From: Albugo candida
Lineage: Eukaryota
Direction of reading: 5' to 3'
Assembly (NCBI GenBank): GCA_040437565.1
Contig: JBDOQK010000006.1
Span: 744,001 to 804,608 of the forward strand
Length of the DNA stretch: 60,608 nt
This document shows positions 25,850 to 36,951 of this stretch, one piece after another (position 1 is the stretch's first letter; each line of letters starts with the position of its first letter). Below the pieces are notes generated by a model that saw nothing but the letters and a program-made list of their open reading frames with translations, searched no databases and had not been told where the DNA came from. The position numbers were made by a program, and so were the translations under genes.

Positions 25850-28800
25850 ACAGTTAAAGCACGATATCGGGAAGTGAAGCTCCTCGGTTTAGTGCATTGA
25901 CAGGAATGTTTGCTGGTCTCAAGTAACATCCCGGACACATCCTGCTTGGAGGTGCTCTGAGCCTGAGAACATTTTTATAATACTTACGTGCAATTTATAT
26001 AATTGGTCTTCGCCTTTCCAAAAAAAATCTATAAGTAGTGTGAACATCGTTTACGTCTGATCGTACCCTTTCAAAATTATTCCAGAATCGATTGAAGCAA
26101 ACATACGCTAGGGTCGCTGAGCAAAATCTAATTTATCATGAGCTCTTGCCACGATCAGCAGGTCGAATTGGTATCACAACACACTAAGGTTATCGATTAG
26201 ATGAACCAAATTTTAAGATCAACATCTTTGCGTATTGCTAATTGGTCTAGAACAATTCACAAGCTCTATCCGTCAAACTGTGGCAGCTAAGATACTCAAT
26301 GCGATGATCTGGGCGACCTTCTCATGCGTGTACTGCCCTGCGTTAGCAAACTGATGTGATTCAACTTTAGTTGCTGAGGTTGAAGCATGTTGGAAGACGC
26401 ATGACTCACATAACATTGCAGAGGTCTTAAATTGTCAAACCTGCTTACCCCATTCCATAGTTACTGAGACCTCGAGCACCTTAATGTGCCGTTAAAGTTG
26501 TTCCACGTGAAAATACTCAAGAGACTCCGATCCCCTTCGAAGTAATTGTTTTACTGAAGAAATTGAACGGTAATTTTGTACTTTAATACGTTGGATTTTC
26601 GGCAGTCATTATCTTCTCCGATTTGCATGTAAGCAGCTTGAGTGCGGACTTGTACATATGGACGCATCGCGTATCACCAATGCATGGCATAGGAAGAAGG
26701 ACAAATTTGGATTGACACAGCCGTCTATTCCGTAACTCATGCTATTCCGGTAAGCCTACAGAGCACATCTTCGAGCTTCGGTTCCGATAATTGTTCCACA
26801 TGGATCGTCATAAATTAATAATCATACCGAAACAAACAACTCCTGTCGATTCGACTTCCTTCGGTTTTATTAATACAAATGGAACGAGTAAAGCTATCGG
26901 TAGCCATCAGAATATCTGAAGCCGTAGTGACTCTAGGTGCTCCTGTTTTTGACGAAAGCTCCGTGTATTTGCATCGCTCAATTTGACCTTTTTTTGACTA
27001 CAGGACTGCAGATGATCGATTAATTGAATCCGTCGCAGTCTTGCAGAAACATCTGATTGCTTGGAGATTGTACATAGTAAGCCATGGGATCTTTAAGAAA
27101 GTGGCAATTATCTTATTGAGGAGCACAATGCCCGTGTGAGCGTAGCAATAAGAATATGAATGATTAAATCGACTCAATGAATCAATCAAGCAAGTCCGCT
27201 TCAGGATCAGGAACTTGTAAAGCCACTAATGAGAGGGCATTTCCTATAATCGTACGATGATCGATCGTTGATAATTTCTAGTAAGTGATTAGGTTGGTCA
27301 AGAGGACTTTATCTTTGGCGCAACACAACTTCAGACGGTCTAATGTCCAATCTATCCGTACCAGTCGAGAAAATCTACCAAAGTAACTTGTTACTAATAT
27401 CGAACAGGGATTAAACTCGCTTCATTTTACGACTTTATCTTTTGAGCTTCAATTATACTTCTTGCAAAATTCTGGTTTTGTCTCTGTCGTCTTGCTCCGT
27501 CGCGAATGGCCAACTAGACCAGTGGGCGGATCCATTTATAAGTCAGGTTGGATGCTTTTGATTATAAAACTGTCACGATTGCCCCACCACAAAGCTAATT
27601 CAAATATGTAGGTAGGTTCATTGTGACATCCGCCGCATTCATCATTTCCAGATATCTTTTATTATTTCTTGTATTATTTCTCGAAGTAGAGAATTAAACC
27701 TTCGCAGCTCAATCAATAGTAAGTTGATCAGGGAATACCGAGCTCTTCGCTTTAGTTTTACTTTACAAAAGTGGCTGACATCTTTTGCTACAACCTGCAC
27801 CGTTCTGCCAGCTGAATGAAACACACTTCTTCAAACGGTATTGAATAAGGTTCAGTCGAGGACCCGCTTATACAGTCAGAGTTGCATGCGCCGATGCTGG
27901 GATTAAGTTGCTGTTAAAGCTGTTGATAAGATTGCTTCCATTTCTCGCATCTCCGTCTGCTGTTGCTTCTTCACTGATCTTCCCAGAATTTTTTATTCAG
28001 AATCATAACAAGACGGCACGATATCGCAATCATCATGCTTTGAAGCTCCAGCATATAATCTATAGTATCTGGATTACTTTCGGTCTGTCCAAACAGTCCT
28101 TTCACGAAATATGAACGTGTCTCTTGAATCCCATCTTTCCATTAGGAGGTGTGAACAATGTGATGCTCACTGGATACTTTAGTAAGCCTTAAGGCGATAT
28201 TATTGCAGCATCGGTGGAAATCAGACTGTAACTGGGTCATGAGATGATCAAGTGTATGGGTGGATCACTGATACCCTGTTAACTATATCCTGTATAGGGC
28301 AGAAAACGATCAGAGCTCGGTATGGTCGAGTGTGCGCTTCATCATCATGTCTTGCAGTCGTTGACTTGGTGAAACAGGTAGCGTCGATCGAGCTCATTGC
28401 AGCTGACAGCACATCGGATTTTGAAGAATCGCATGTAAAATTCGTGATGCAGAAATTACATTCCATAGCATATATCATCTTGTCACGACGAAAGGCTCGG
28501 ATTGATGATATGTATTCAAAGTGTTGTAGGAGACGGTGGACGGTATCGAGATGCAATGGTCCCATGAAGTCGCCGAGTTGCTGGGCAAACGCTGACGAGA
28601 TAATGATGAGTACAAGCGTGATTGTAGAAGGCGCCCTTCCATGGAGTCCTTCATAATAACTCATATACCCCCTGCAAGCCCAGCGTCACATAAATGTATG
28701 AACTGTGAAAAGACATTTGTTCTTTAATATCGTGTTTTCTGCTATCATGAAATGCTGCGGCGATACGAGCTGACATTTTTCTGGCTATGCAAACACTTTT

Positions 28801-29241
28801 CGTCAGCATGGCACTGACGACTTGCTCCAAGAACAGAGGAACAAATGCTAAGTTGGCTTTTTAAGGATAGGAAGCACGATATCGAAATATCATGTATCTA
28901 GGCACGGCTTCTCTGCTCGTCGACACATATTGATGATTTCTTCGGCATCAACACTCAGAACATAAGCAAAGACGCTCTAACGTATTTGATAGAATATCCA
29001 ATAGTTCAGATGTTATATCAATTTTGAACGAGTTTTTCTGAAAAAAAGTAATCTGCGACTAGCTTCGCTTTAGATTCTATGATGTAATTTGGATCTCGAA
29101 GCAAGACACTACCGAAGCTTCGATATATTTTGTTGATTTATTGTGATAAAGAATATCCAGTATGATTCTTGAATCGCAATTGCTTCCGTTGTGGTACAGC
29201 ACGTTGTGAATTCCAAACTAGATCCACTAATGAAGGGAGAA

Positions 29242-29746
29242 TTATCCCATCCAGCGATGAGATGGTAAATGATTGCCGTCTTCGTCAACGTGACAATCAC
29301 GATTAAGGCAGACCCAAATTAGGCTGAGTGTTGACTGCTTCACTCCATCATGCGAGCGAATAAACACCGCACCTTGGTGGGCACAATTCGGGCACACCAC
29401 ATCGTAATCGCGCTGTAGAGTCGGGTCGTCGATAATATCAGCCGGTAATACATCTAGCTGAATGCTACAGCAGATAATTGATTGGAATGACACAACGTGG
29501 ACACGGAAATCAATCTACCGAGTGTCCTTGACTAGCTCATTGACGTAGATGCAGTGTTCTTCTATTTCTTCCGCCTGTCCACAATTACGACAACGAAACA
29601 TCAATCGCCTAAGCTCCCGATCTTGGCTTGGATACAGCATGTTATTACTTTTTCACACATACGATATAGTCAGCTTAGATTCAACAATATTCGCAGTGAC
29701 GTTTTGCTTACCATTCACGGCAAAATCGAATTCCTGCAGCTGTCAT
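29242..29746 (-). CDS. RPB9: RNA polymerase II subunit RPB9 (exons 29746-29712, 29647-29519, 29464-29242)
   Basis: Spliced protein MTAAGIRFCRECNNMLYP..RCRNCG..CIYVNEL..IIDDPTL..CPNC..LIWVCLNRDC..HRW with two zinc ribbons; canonical GT-AG introns. Confidence 0.92.
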
Positions 29747-29936
29747 CTCTATTTTGACTGGATTTGTCTTAACCGCGCTCCTACCACTTAACTGTTCCGA
29801 AACTAGATTGTTTCATTCAGAATTACAGGAAGACATATCTTGCTACATTCTCTCTGTGGAGTACACCGACCGATAAAGCAAATTAGACTAACAAGTTAAA
29901 TAAATCGCCTCGTTCTCCCTCTGCATCAAAGTTGGA
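29747..29936. promoter_or_regulatory. Compact bidirectional promoter region between RPB9 and exportin-7
   Basis: 190 bp between divergent ATGs; TCATTCAGAATT at ~29813-29824 resembles the oomycete INR/FPR core element. Confidence 0.5.
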
Positions 29937-32900
29937 ATGGACGCTACGCAATTCCGTAATTTAGAAAACTTATGTACCCTTTTGTACGAATCGTCCAACG
30001 AGAGTGAGAGAAATCAAGCACAACAATATGTTTTGGTTTTGCAAAGCTCCGTAGAGTACATACCTCAGTGTCAGTATGTTCTGGACAACTCTTCGTCGCC
30101 GTACGCTTTGGTCGTAGCAAGTACGAGTTTGACGAAATTAATCACGGCACACTGGAATAACTTCTCAAGCTCCCAGCGCGTCGATATACGAAATTATGTT
30201 CTTGCCTATTTGGCACAGAAAGGGCCAAGCCTTGAAAAATTTGTCACAACATCTCTAATCCAATTAGTCTGCCGCATAACAAAATTAGGGTGGTTTGACG
30301 ATTCTCAACATCGAGAGATTGTGGACGAGGTTACAAAGTTTCTGCAAGCTACTGTGGATCACTGTATCATCGGGCTGCAAATTTTAAATGAATTGGTGAC
30401 TGATATGAATCTCCCAGTTGCTGGAAAGAATTTGACTTTCCATCGCAAACTGGCTGTATCGTTCAGAGAAGAAGCGCTGCTCCGTATTTTCCAAGTTTCA
30501 CTTACGACATTGGAGCAGTTGCATCTTCAAAACATTGGCGGTGCATCGGCTGATCAAGAACGCCGTATGGGGGAACAAGCTGTAGGACTGGTCATCAATT
30601 GTCTAACATTTGACTTTATCGGAACGAATTCTGATGAATGTACAGGCGAAACTGGCTCAGTACAGCTTCCGTCGTCGTGGCGTTCCCTGATTCAAGATCC
30701 ACAAACGTTGCAACTCTTTTTCGACTACTACAATTCAACGACGCCACCTATCGCGTCTAAATGCCTAGAAGTATTGATGCTGCTCGCGTCAGTGCGACGT
30801 AGCATCTTCTCGGAAAAAGATCGTGCCATCTTTCTTTCGCGGCTACTCACTGGCATCTGTCAAATTTTGTCGACTCAGCAAGGACTTTCAGAGCAAGAGA
30901 ACTATCATGAATTTTGTCGACTTCTCAGCAGAATCAAATCAAATTTTCAACTTGCTGAATTGCTCAAGTGTGATTCTTTTCAAGAATGGATTGAACGAAC
31001 TCCCGACTTCACTGTCAAATCCTTTCAGCAGTGGCAATGGTCTGCTAACTCAACACACAGTCTTTTGTTATTGTGGACTCATTTGGTGGCGGCATCGCCC
31101 TACATGCGTCTTGATAATAATCCTGGATCACTAAACTCAGCGTCCTCGTTCTTAGACGTAAGTGTTCCAAAGGTCATCGAAGCATATGTACAATCCCGAC
31201 TCGATTCTGCTCAGCAATGTTCAGCCGATAGCTCACTAGAAAATCCTATTGATGATGAAGGAGGACTTCTGGAACAGCTGGAAAAAATACATACGATTTG
31301 TCATTATGACTACGCATCTACTGGAAAGTACTTGATTGCACGCTTTGATGTTGTTTTAAATGGATATGTGGAGCTGACAAGGTCAGTAGATCAATCCCTG
31401 AGTGACACGAAACCAAATAATCTGGAAGGGATGGAAAATCAGCTAGCATGGTTGATTTACATCATTGGGTCTATCATCGGCGTACAAGCATACGCCCCAA
31501 ATTCAACTGAAGGTGATGAATTGATTGATGCAGACTTATCTCAAAGTGTGTTTAGAGCGATGCAAATAACCGAGAGTCGCCTGATTAGTACTGGCGGGCA
31601 ACATAAAGCAAGTCAACACTTTGAATTATCTTTATTATATTACTTCAGTAATTTTCGGCGAAGTTACATTGGAGAACAGCATGGTATGCCGTCGGTGGCG
31701 GCGCCACTATTACTACCCACTTGTGCTGTGGTCATTGGACCAGACGCGACATCAACAAACTCAAAAAACGCAACCTATCAAAGAATGTTTGAACATATGG
31801 GGTTTGGTGATCACACTGTTGTTGTGAATATGATTGTGACCAAGATTGGAAACAATCTCAAATTTTGGGGGAATAACGAAGTAATAGTCAGCAAAACAAT
31901 GGATTTATTTTTCGAGATTGCTTCCGGATACTCTTCTGGCAAACTACTTCTTGGTCTGGAAACCGTTCAGTATCTGATAGGGCACCACACGTCCGATGAA
32001 TTTCCGTTTCTTTCGAATCCCGCAAATACGCGACATCGAACTACGTTCCATATGGCAATAGCTCGCTTGTTGTTTACAACTCAGTTTGATGAATGTTCTG
32101 AACGCTTTGAGCGATTCATAGAGCCGATTGAAGACGTTTTGAACAAACTATTGCAAACTCCAAATTTTAGGCTACCTGAGGTTCGTGAAGCGATCACTGG
32201 AGTATGTCGCGATCTACGTGGAATCGTACAGCAAACATTCAATCGAAGAACTTATGCCTGCATTTTTGATATGCTGTATCCAATGTACTTTCCTATCTTC
32301 GTACGAGCTGCAAAAGATTTATTCGATGCACCCGCTGTTACGAACGCATTACTGAAATTCTTGCAGGAACTTGCGCACAATAAGGCACAACGCATAGTAT
32401 TTGATCAGGGATCAGCAAAAGGCATACTATTATTTCGAGAGCTGAGTAATGTGGTTGTAGCTTACGGGAGACAGCTCCTTGCTATACAAACTGGAAAGGA
32501 TCCGTACGCAGAAAAGTACAAAGGCATTTCGCTTTGCTTGGGAGTTTTGTATCGCGCAATGGGTGGCAACTATGTAAACTTTGGAGTTTTTGAGCTATAC
32601 AACGACAAGTGCTTGGAAAACGCCATTGAAGTGGGACTGCAATTAATTTTTGCCGTACCGGATGAAGATTTACTCACCTACCCAAAGCTCAAAAGCGCAT
32701 ATTTTTTCTTTCTAGAAATTTTGTTTCGAAATCAGGTGTCATCAGTAATCGCACTAGATACTACAATCTTCAGTCAGCTTCTACAATCGTTACATATGGG
32801 TATCACTTCGCAAGACTTGAGTATAGCTGCACAATGCGCTACTGCAGTGGATCATTTAGCAAGTTTATATTATCACGAAATGAAGAAGAAGCGCGATACA

Positions 32901-33242
32901 CCAATGAAGCATGCGCTTATTGCTCATGTACAGGGGAATCCGACTATGTGGACATCCATTTTGGCCGCCCTTTTCGATGTATTGATTTATGGTGACGCAC
33001 CCACCCAGTGGGCTGTATCAAGACCAATTTTGAGTGTAACTTTATGCAGCGAAGATGCTTTGAACTCGTACAAGCAAAGTCTTGCCAGTTCGCAGCCTGT
33101 TGAAAAGCAAAGCTTGGTCGAGCATGCGTTCACGACATTGTTTGCAGACGTCGCGCCAAATCTTGAAGCAAGTAACCGGGACAAATTCACTCAAAAGCTA
33201 GGACAATTCCGAACCGCTTTGCGAGGATTTCTTACGATCTAG
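29937..33242 (+). CDS. XPO7: Exportin-7 / RanBP16 (importin-beta family), intronless
   Basis: 1101-aa ORF; IBN_N-like N-terminus; family motifs CRITKLGWFD, NYHEFCRLL, KIGNNLKFW, GNYVNFGVF, QWAVSRP, NRDKFTQ. Confidence 0.95.
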   Translation: MDATQFRNLENLCTLLYESSNESERNQAQQYVLVLQSSVEYIPQCQYVLDNSSSPYALVVASTSLTKLITAHWNNFSSSQRVDIRNYVLAYLAQKGPSLEKFVTTSLIQLVCRITKLGWFDDSQHREIVDEVTKFLQATVDHCIIGLQILNELVTDMNLPVAGKNLTFHRKLAVSFREEALLRIFQVSLTTLEQLHLQNIGGASADQERRMGEQAVGLVINCLTFDFIGTNSDECTGETGSVQLPSSWRSLIQDPQTLQLFFDYYNSTTPPIASKCLEVLMLLASVRRSIFSEKDRAIFLSRLLTGICQILSTQQGLSEQENYHEFCRLLSRIKSNFQLAELLKCDSFQEWIERTPDFTVKSFQQWQWSANSTHSLLLLWTHLVAASPYMRLDNNPGSLNSASSFLDVSVPKVIEAYVQSRLDSAQQCSADSSLENPIDDEGGLLEQLEKIHTICHYDYASTGKYLIARFDVVLNGYVELTRSVDQSLSDTKPNNLEGMENQLAWLIYIIGSIIGVQAYAPNSTEGDELIDADLSQSVFRAMQITESRLISTGGQHKASQHFELSLLYYFSNFRRSYIGEQHGMPSVAAPLLLPTCAVVIGPDATSTNSKNATYQRMFEHMGFGDHTVVVNMIVTKIGNNLKFWGNNEVIVSKTMDLFFEIASGYSSGKLLLGLETVQYLIGHHTSDEFPFLSNPANTRHRTTFHMAIARLLFTTQFDECSERFERFIEPIEDVLNKLLQTPNFRLPEVREAITGVCRDLRGIVQQTFNRRTYACIFDMLYPMYFPIFVRAAKDLFDAPAVTNALLKFLQELAHNKAQRIVFDQGSAKGILLFRELSNVVVAYGRQLLAIQTGKDPYAEKYKGISLCLGVLYRAMGGNYVNFGVFELYNDKCLENAIEVGLQLIFAVPDEDLLTYPKLKSAYFFFLEILFRNQVSSVIALDTTIFSQLLQSLHMGITSQDLSIAAQCATAVDHLASLYYHEMKKKRDTPMKHALIAHVQGNPTMWTSILAALFDVLIYGDAPTQWAVSRPILSVTLCSEDALNSYKQSLASSQPVEKQSLVEHAFTTLFADVAPNLEASNRDKFTQKLGQFRTALRGFLTI

Positions 33243-33495
33243 TGCAGTAAAGTATCTCTACATGATTACTCAGTAAACAGCTTTAACACATTCGTGTTGC
33301 TCGACACCTTTCATAGTACTCAGTACATGATCTATGTATGTGCACACCTCTATGTAAGTGCTCGGCATTCATTGAATTGACGACTTGATGTTGAGCCATC
33401 GAAAACCTTAAATGATATCTCATTGCGTCAGTAGTTGTTTGCGAGAGGTCGCTCTCAGTTGTATCCGAGACGTCTCGTAAGAAACATTAGTCATC

Positions 33496-34760
33496 ATGCC
33501 ACCTGCTTTTGCACCGAAGTCCGGTGTAGGAGATGAATCCATACCCACTGAATTTCGACACCTTGGAAGTGTATTCTTGAGATCACAAGATCAAAAGCTA
33601 CAGCTCAAGCTGTTTCAGTGGTACATTGAAATAGCTTATGAAAATACTGTCTTTTTAAATCTTCTGGATTTGAAACAGGGATATGCAAGCGAATCTGCAA
33701 ATTGAGCGTTTCTACATCGGGGGTGAATTCGGTAGAATTGGAAATGGACAAGATATTGCTCTTCTCGATAGTTTCTTTTCTGACCAGGGCGTGAAAAAAA
33801 TTCTCAAGGTAATAAATACTTGCAATCTTGTCTAAAAATTCTTCAATACGTGTCTCCAGCTACCATCATGCAGTCCCGATATTGCCTGTGCATTGATGTA
33901 TAAAGAGCTGAAGACTACAGTGACCACATGTGCCTTTTTTGACAAGATCCTTGGATCGAGTACGAATTTTACATACTTGAGTCATCAAAAGAGATTGTAT
34001 CACCTGTCTTCGTAGATATTGTTTCACGCACCGGAGTTATTCGTCGATGTTTAAATGAATACCATAATGAAATTCCAATTGATGATCTACTCAAGAAAAT
34101 GATGGTAGAATCAGACAATGATGAAAACAATATTTTCACGAATGTAGAGCGCCAAGAGTTCATTTATCATATTTTTCGATCTGTAGTAGTTGGTGGGTCC
34201 CTCGCTCAAGNNNNNNNNNNNNNNNNNNNNNNNNNNNNNNNNNNNNNNNNNNNNNNNNNNNNNNNNNNNNNNNNNNNNNNNNNNNNNNNNNNNNNNNNNN
34301 NNNNNNNNNNGTAGATATTGTTTCACGCACCGGAGTTATTCGTCGATGTTTAAATGAATACCATAATGAAATTTCAATTGATGATCTACTCAAGAAAATG
34401 ATGGTAGAATCAGACAATGATGAAAACAATATTTTCACGAATGTAGAGCGCCAAGAGTTCATTTATCATATTTTTCGATCTGTAGTAGTTGGTGGGTCCC
34501 TCGCTCAAGCAGATGAAAATATTTTTTCGTACATTTCGGCGACAAAGTCGATATATAAAGGATTGCTTGCAGTAATAAAAAAACCGAGCAATCCGAATGG
34601 TCTTGAAATCACCTCACGAGTATATCAAGTCAGATGCCCGGCTATGTCACATTCCTCTCTATTTCTCACCAAGTCTTCCTACAATTCATGTTACGTCATT
34701 GTTGACCCGAAAAAGCGCTTGATTACAGCATGGCATTACTCGTATCAATCATTTTGGTGA
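33496..34760 (+). CDS. CFAP300: Cilia- and flagella-associated protein 300 (C11orf70 homologue), multi-exon
   Basis: KLFQW|DM, FFDKI, G-IRRC, ERQEFIYHIF..VVGGSLAQ.DE, TKSIYK, CYVIVDP.KR..WH; ~200 bp duplicated across a gap. Confidence 0.88.
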
Positions 34761-36486
34761 ATGAATACAGCACGGAAGCATCTCCTCAATGAACTCTGAG
34801 AGAGAAAATTGTTTAGCTTTCGGTAACGGAATAAAAAGTAACCTATATATTCGGGAGACTGCGCTGGACGCGAAGCGAAAATATTTCAAGTTAAAGCTGG
34901 CTACTAGAGGCTTCGATAACTTGATTTACCGCAGCAGAAACATGTACTTATTTTCGCATCGGCGCCATGTGCAACTAGCAATCGAGCACTCATCAGTTCC
35001 GGACAGACGGTATCTGGATAAATAGCTAAGAAAAAAGCGCACGCTTTAACTACGATAGCCTATCTCGGGACTAATCTATGTACCCATAAGTACCCATAAG
35101 TCTGAATTGAAGCACACCTTAGGCATCACATTATCATGTCCTTCCGGTGCCTGGATAGGACGAGAATTCCAGAAAATTATGAATTTGCATTGTGGGAGAA
35201 CTAGTTCAGCCGAATTGAATCAGCTTCTGAAATCTGTATCTGATGAAGTATTTCCTTCGCCTCGTCCACTTGAAAGTATCAGCAGAGAGTGTATTCAGAA
35301 CTTATGACTCACCATTTTTTTAATTTAGATCTGTCTAGTTACTGCGTATATGTGACCGAAAGTACAGCACAGGTTCTCAATGAGTCAATCAAAATCACTT
35401 AAAGCGGTAATCCGCAAGGAAGGCACATGTAGCCAAGATGGATAAGTCGAATGAACTTGACGATTTTTTTGTGGAGGTGTGGAAGGTTTGTGAAGACTCA
35501 AACATGTCGTGAGGAGGTTATTTCCAGTTTTGAAGCACAAATGTAGCGCTAGGTGTAGTAGCCTTGTCTGGTCGATCACTGCAGTGTTCCAAAAGGAGTG
35601 TGATAACTGATATCTGGGTATCGAAAACTAGATGGGCTCAGCCGACCATCGAAATATGTATCAAATTTGCGATTCGAATTAGAATATTGGATACTGATCT
35701 AGTCTTACAATAGTTATTGTCCCATATAAAACTCCGCCTAGTTGGCGCAGCAGGGAGATTCTGCTGACGAGCAAGACACTCCTTTATTTATTTGTAGTCT
35801 GAGAAATATACCGACGGTGGTATATCACACGGTCCGAGCAGTTTTTCCAATAGTTGTTTTGTGGCGGGTTCGAAAAATAAAAATCGTGGCCCCTATGAAT
35901 GCTTCGGCATGATTGGTGCTACTTGCACAATAGTAATGGCGAATGTTGCTCCTTAGCCTTCAAGTTTTACACATAAGTCCAAGGGTGAGAGTGAATGAAA
36001 TGACAATAACAGCGTTCGTCTCAAGAAGCACATTAAGGTACACGCTCGACACATCATCGCTATTTATGCCACTCCGACAGCAAAGTCTAGATATACTACT
36101 TCTCATTCATAGAGCACTGATACTAGTGCCATTGCTTGTTCAATCAGCCCTAGTCATGATGTTTGCGGTGTCCAAGAGCCCTCTGCTTCGGCTCGAATAA
36201 ATGTCGAAATTTCCTTCATTTTATGGCTAAATAAGCATGTTTAGCTATTCGCCTTTACATTACACTAGTATCTTTCGATCCAACTTCGTTCCATCTGTAT
36301 CAATTGACAGTTTGGTGATGATGCTCAAATTTTTGAAATTCGTTTTTCTGACACAATCGTCAATGACAATATTATTACACCTATAAAATCTAAAAATCTC
36401 GGAACGCTTTATTTTAGGATGCAACGGTACTTGCTCAGAAATCTTAGACCAATGAAACTGCATTTTGCCTATCGCCATCTAGAAGC

Positions 36487-36837
36487 ATGCTGCTTTTCGA
36501 ACTATTGGGTCTTGCAGGATCATTCATGTTTTCGGCAGCTTTGGTGCCTCAAATGATCAAAGTATATCGTACGAAAAGCGCGAAAGACATCAGTACGACA
36601 TTCCAATGCTTTTTTATCACCGGGGCTGCGCTTGTAGTCACGTACGGCATAGGAGAAGGACTATGGCCAATTTATATACCGTGCTCAATGGAACTTATTG
36701 GTGGTATTACGCTTATGTTGATGAAGTGTCGATACGACCGATTAGAACGCAATGCTGATGCCATCGACGATCATGGTAAGGTCATGACGACACCCAATGA
36801 AGCTCAGTTTCAAGTTGTGTTGACGCCTAAAAGATAG
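36487..36837 (+). CDS. SemiSWEET-like single PQ-loop (3-TM) transporter
   Basis: Intronless 116-aa ORF; three hydrophobic helices; PQMIKVYRTKSAKDIS, TYG, WP and MKCRYD match the SemiSWEET pattern. Confidence 0.85.
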   Translation: MLLFELLGLAGSFMFSAALVPQMIKVYRTKSAKDISTTFQCFFITGAALVVTYGIGEGLWPIYIPCSMELIGGITLMLMKCRYDRLERNADAIDDHGKVMTTPNEAQFQVVLTPKR

Positions 36838-36951
36838 TGGTTGGAGATCTGTGTGCATATCAAACGAGAAGTGAGGCATGTAGGTAGCTTACTTTTATTT
36901 TGAGTTTAAGACTGTCATATATGCCATATTGCTGCATTGCTTGATTTAGTA

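Noticed and set aside
26000-28960. Overlapping 134-138 aa ORFs at 28248-28664 and nearby fragments as a gene
   Set aside because: No recognisable domain or consistent splice model; may be a decayed gene but cannot be supported.
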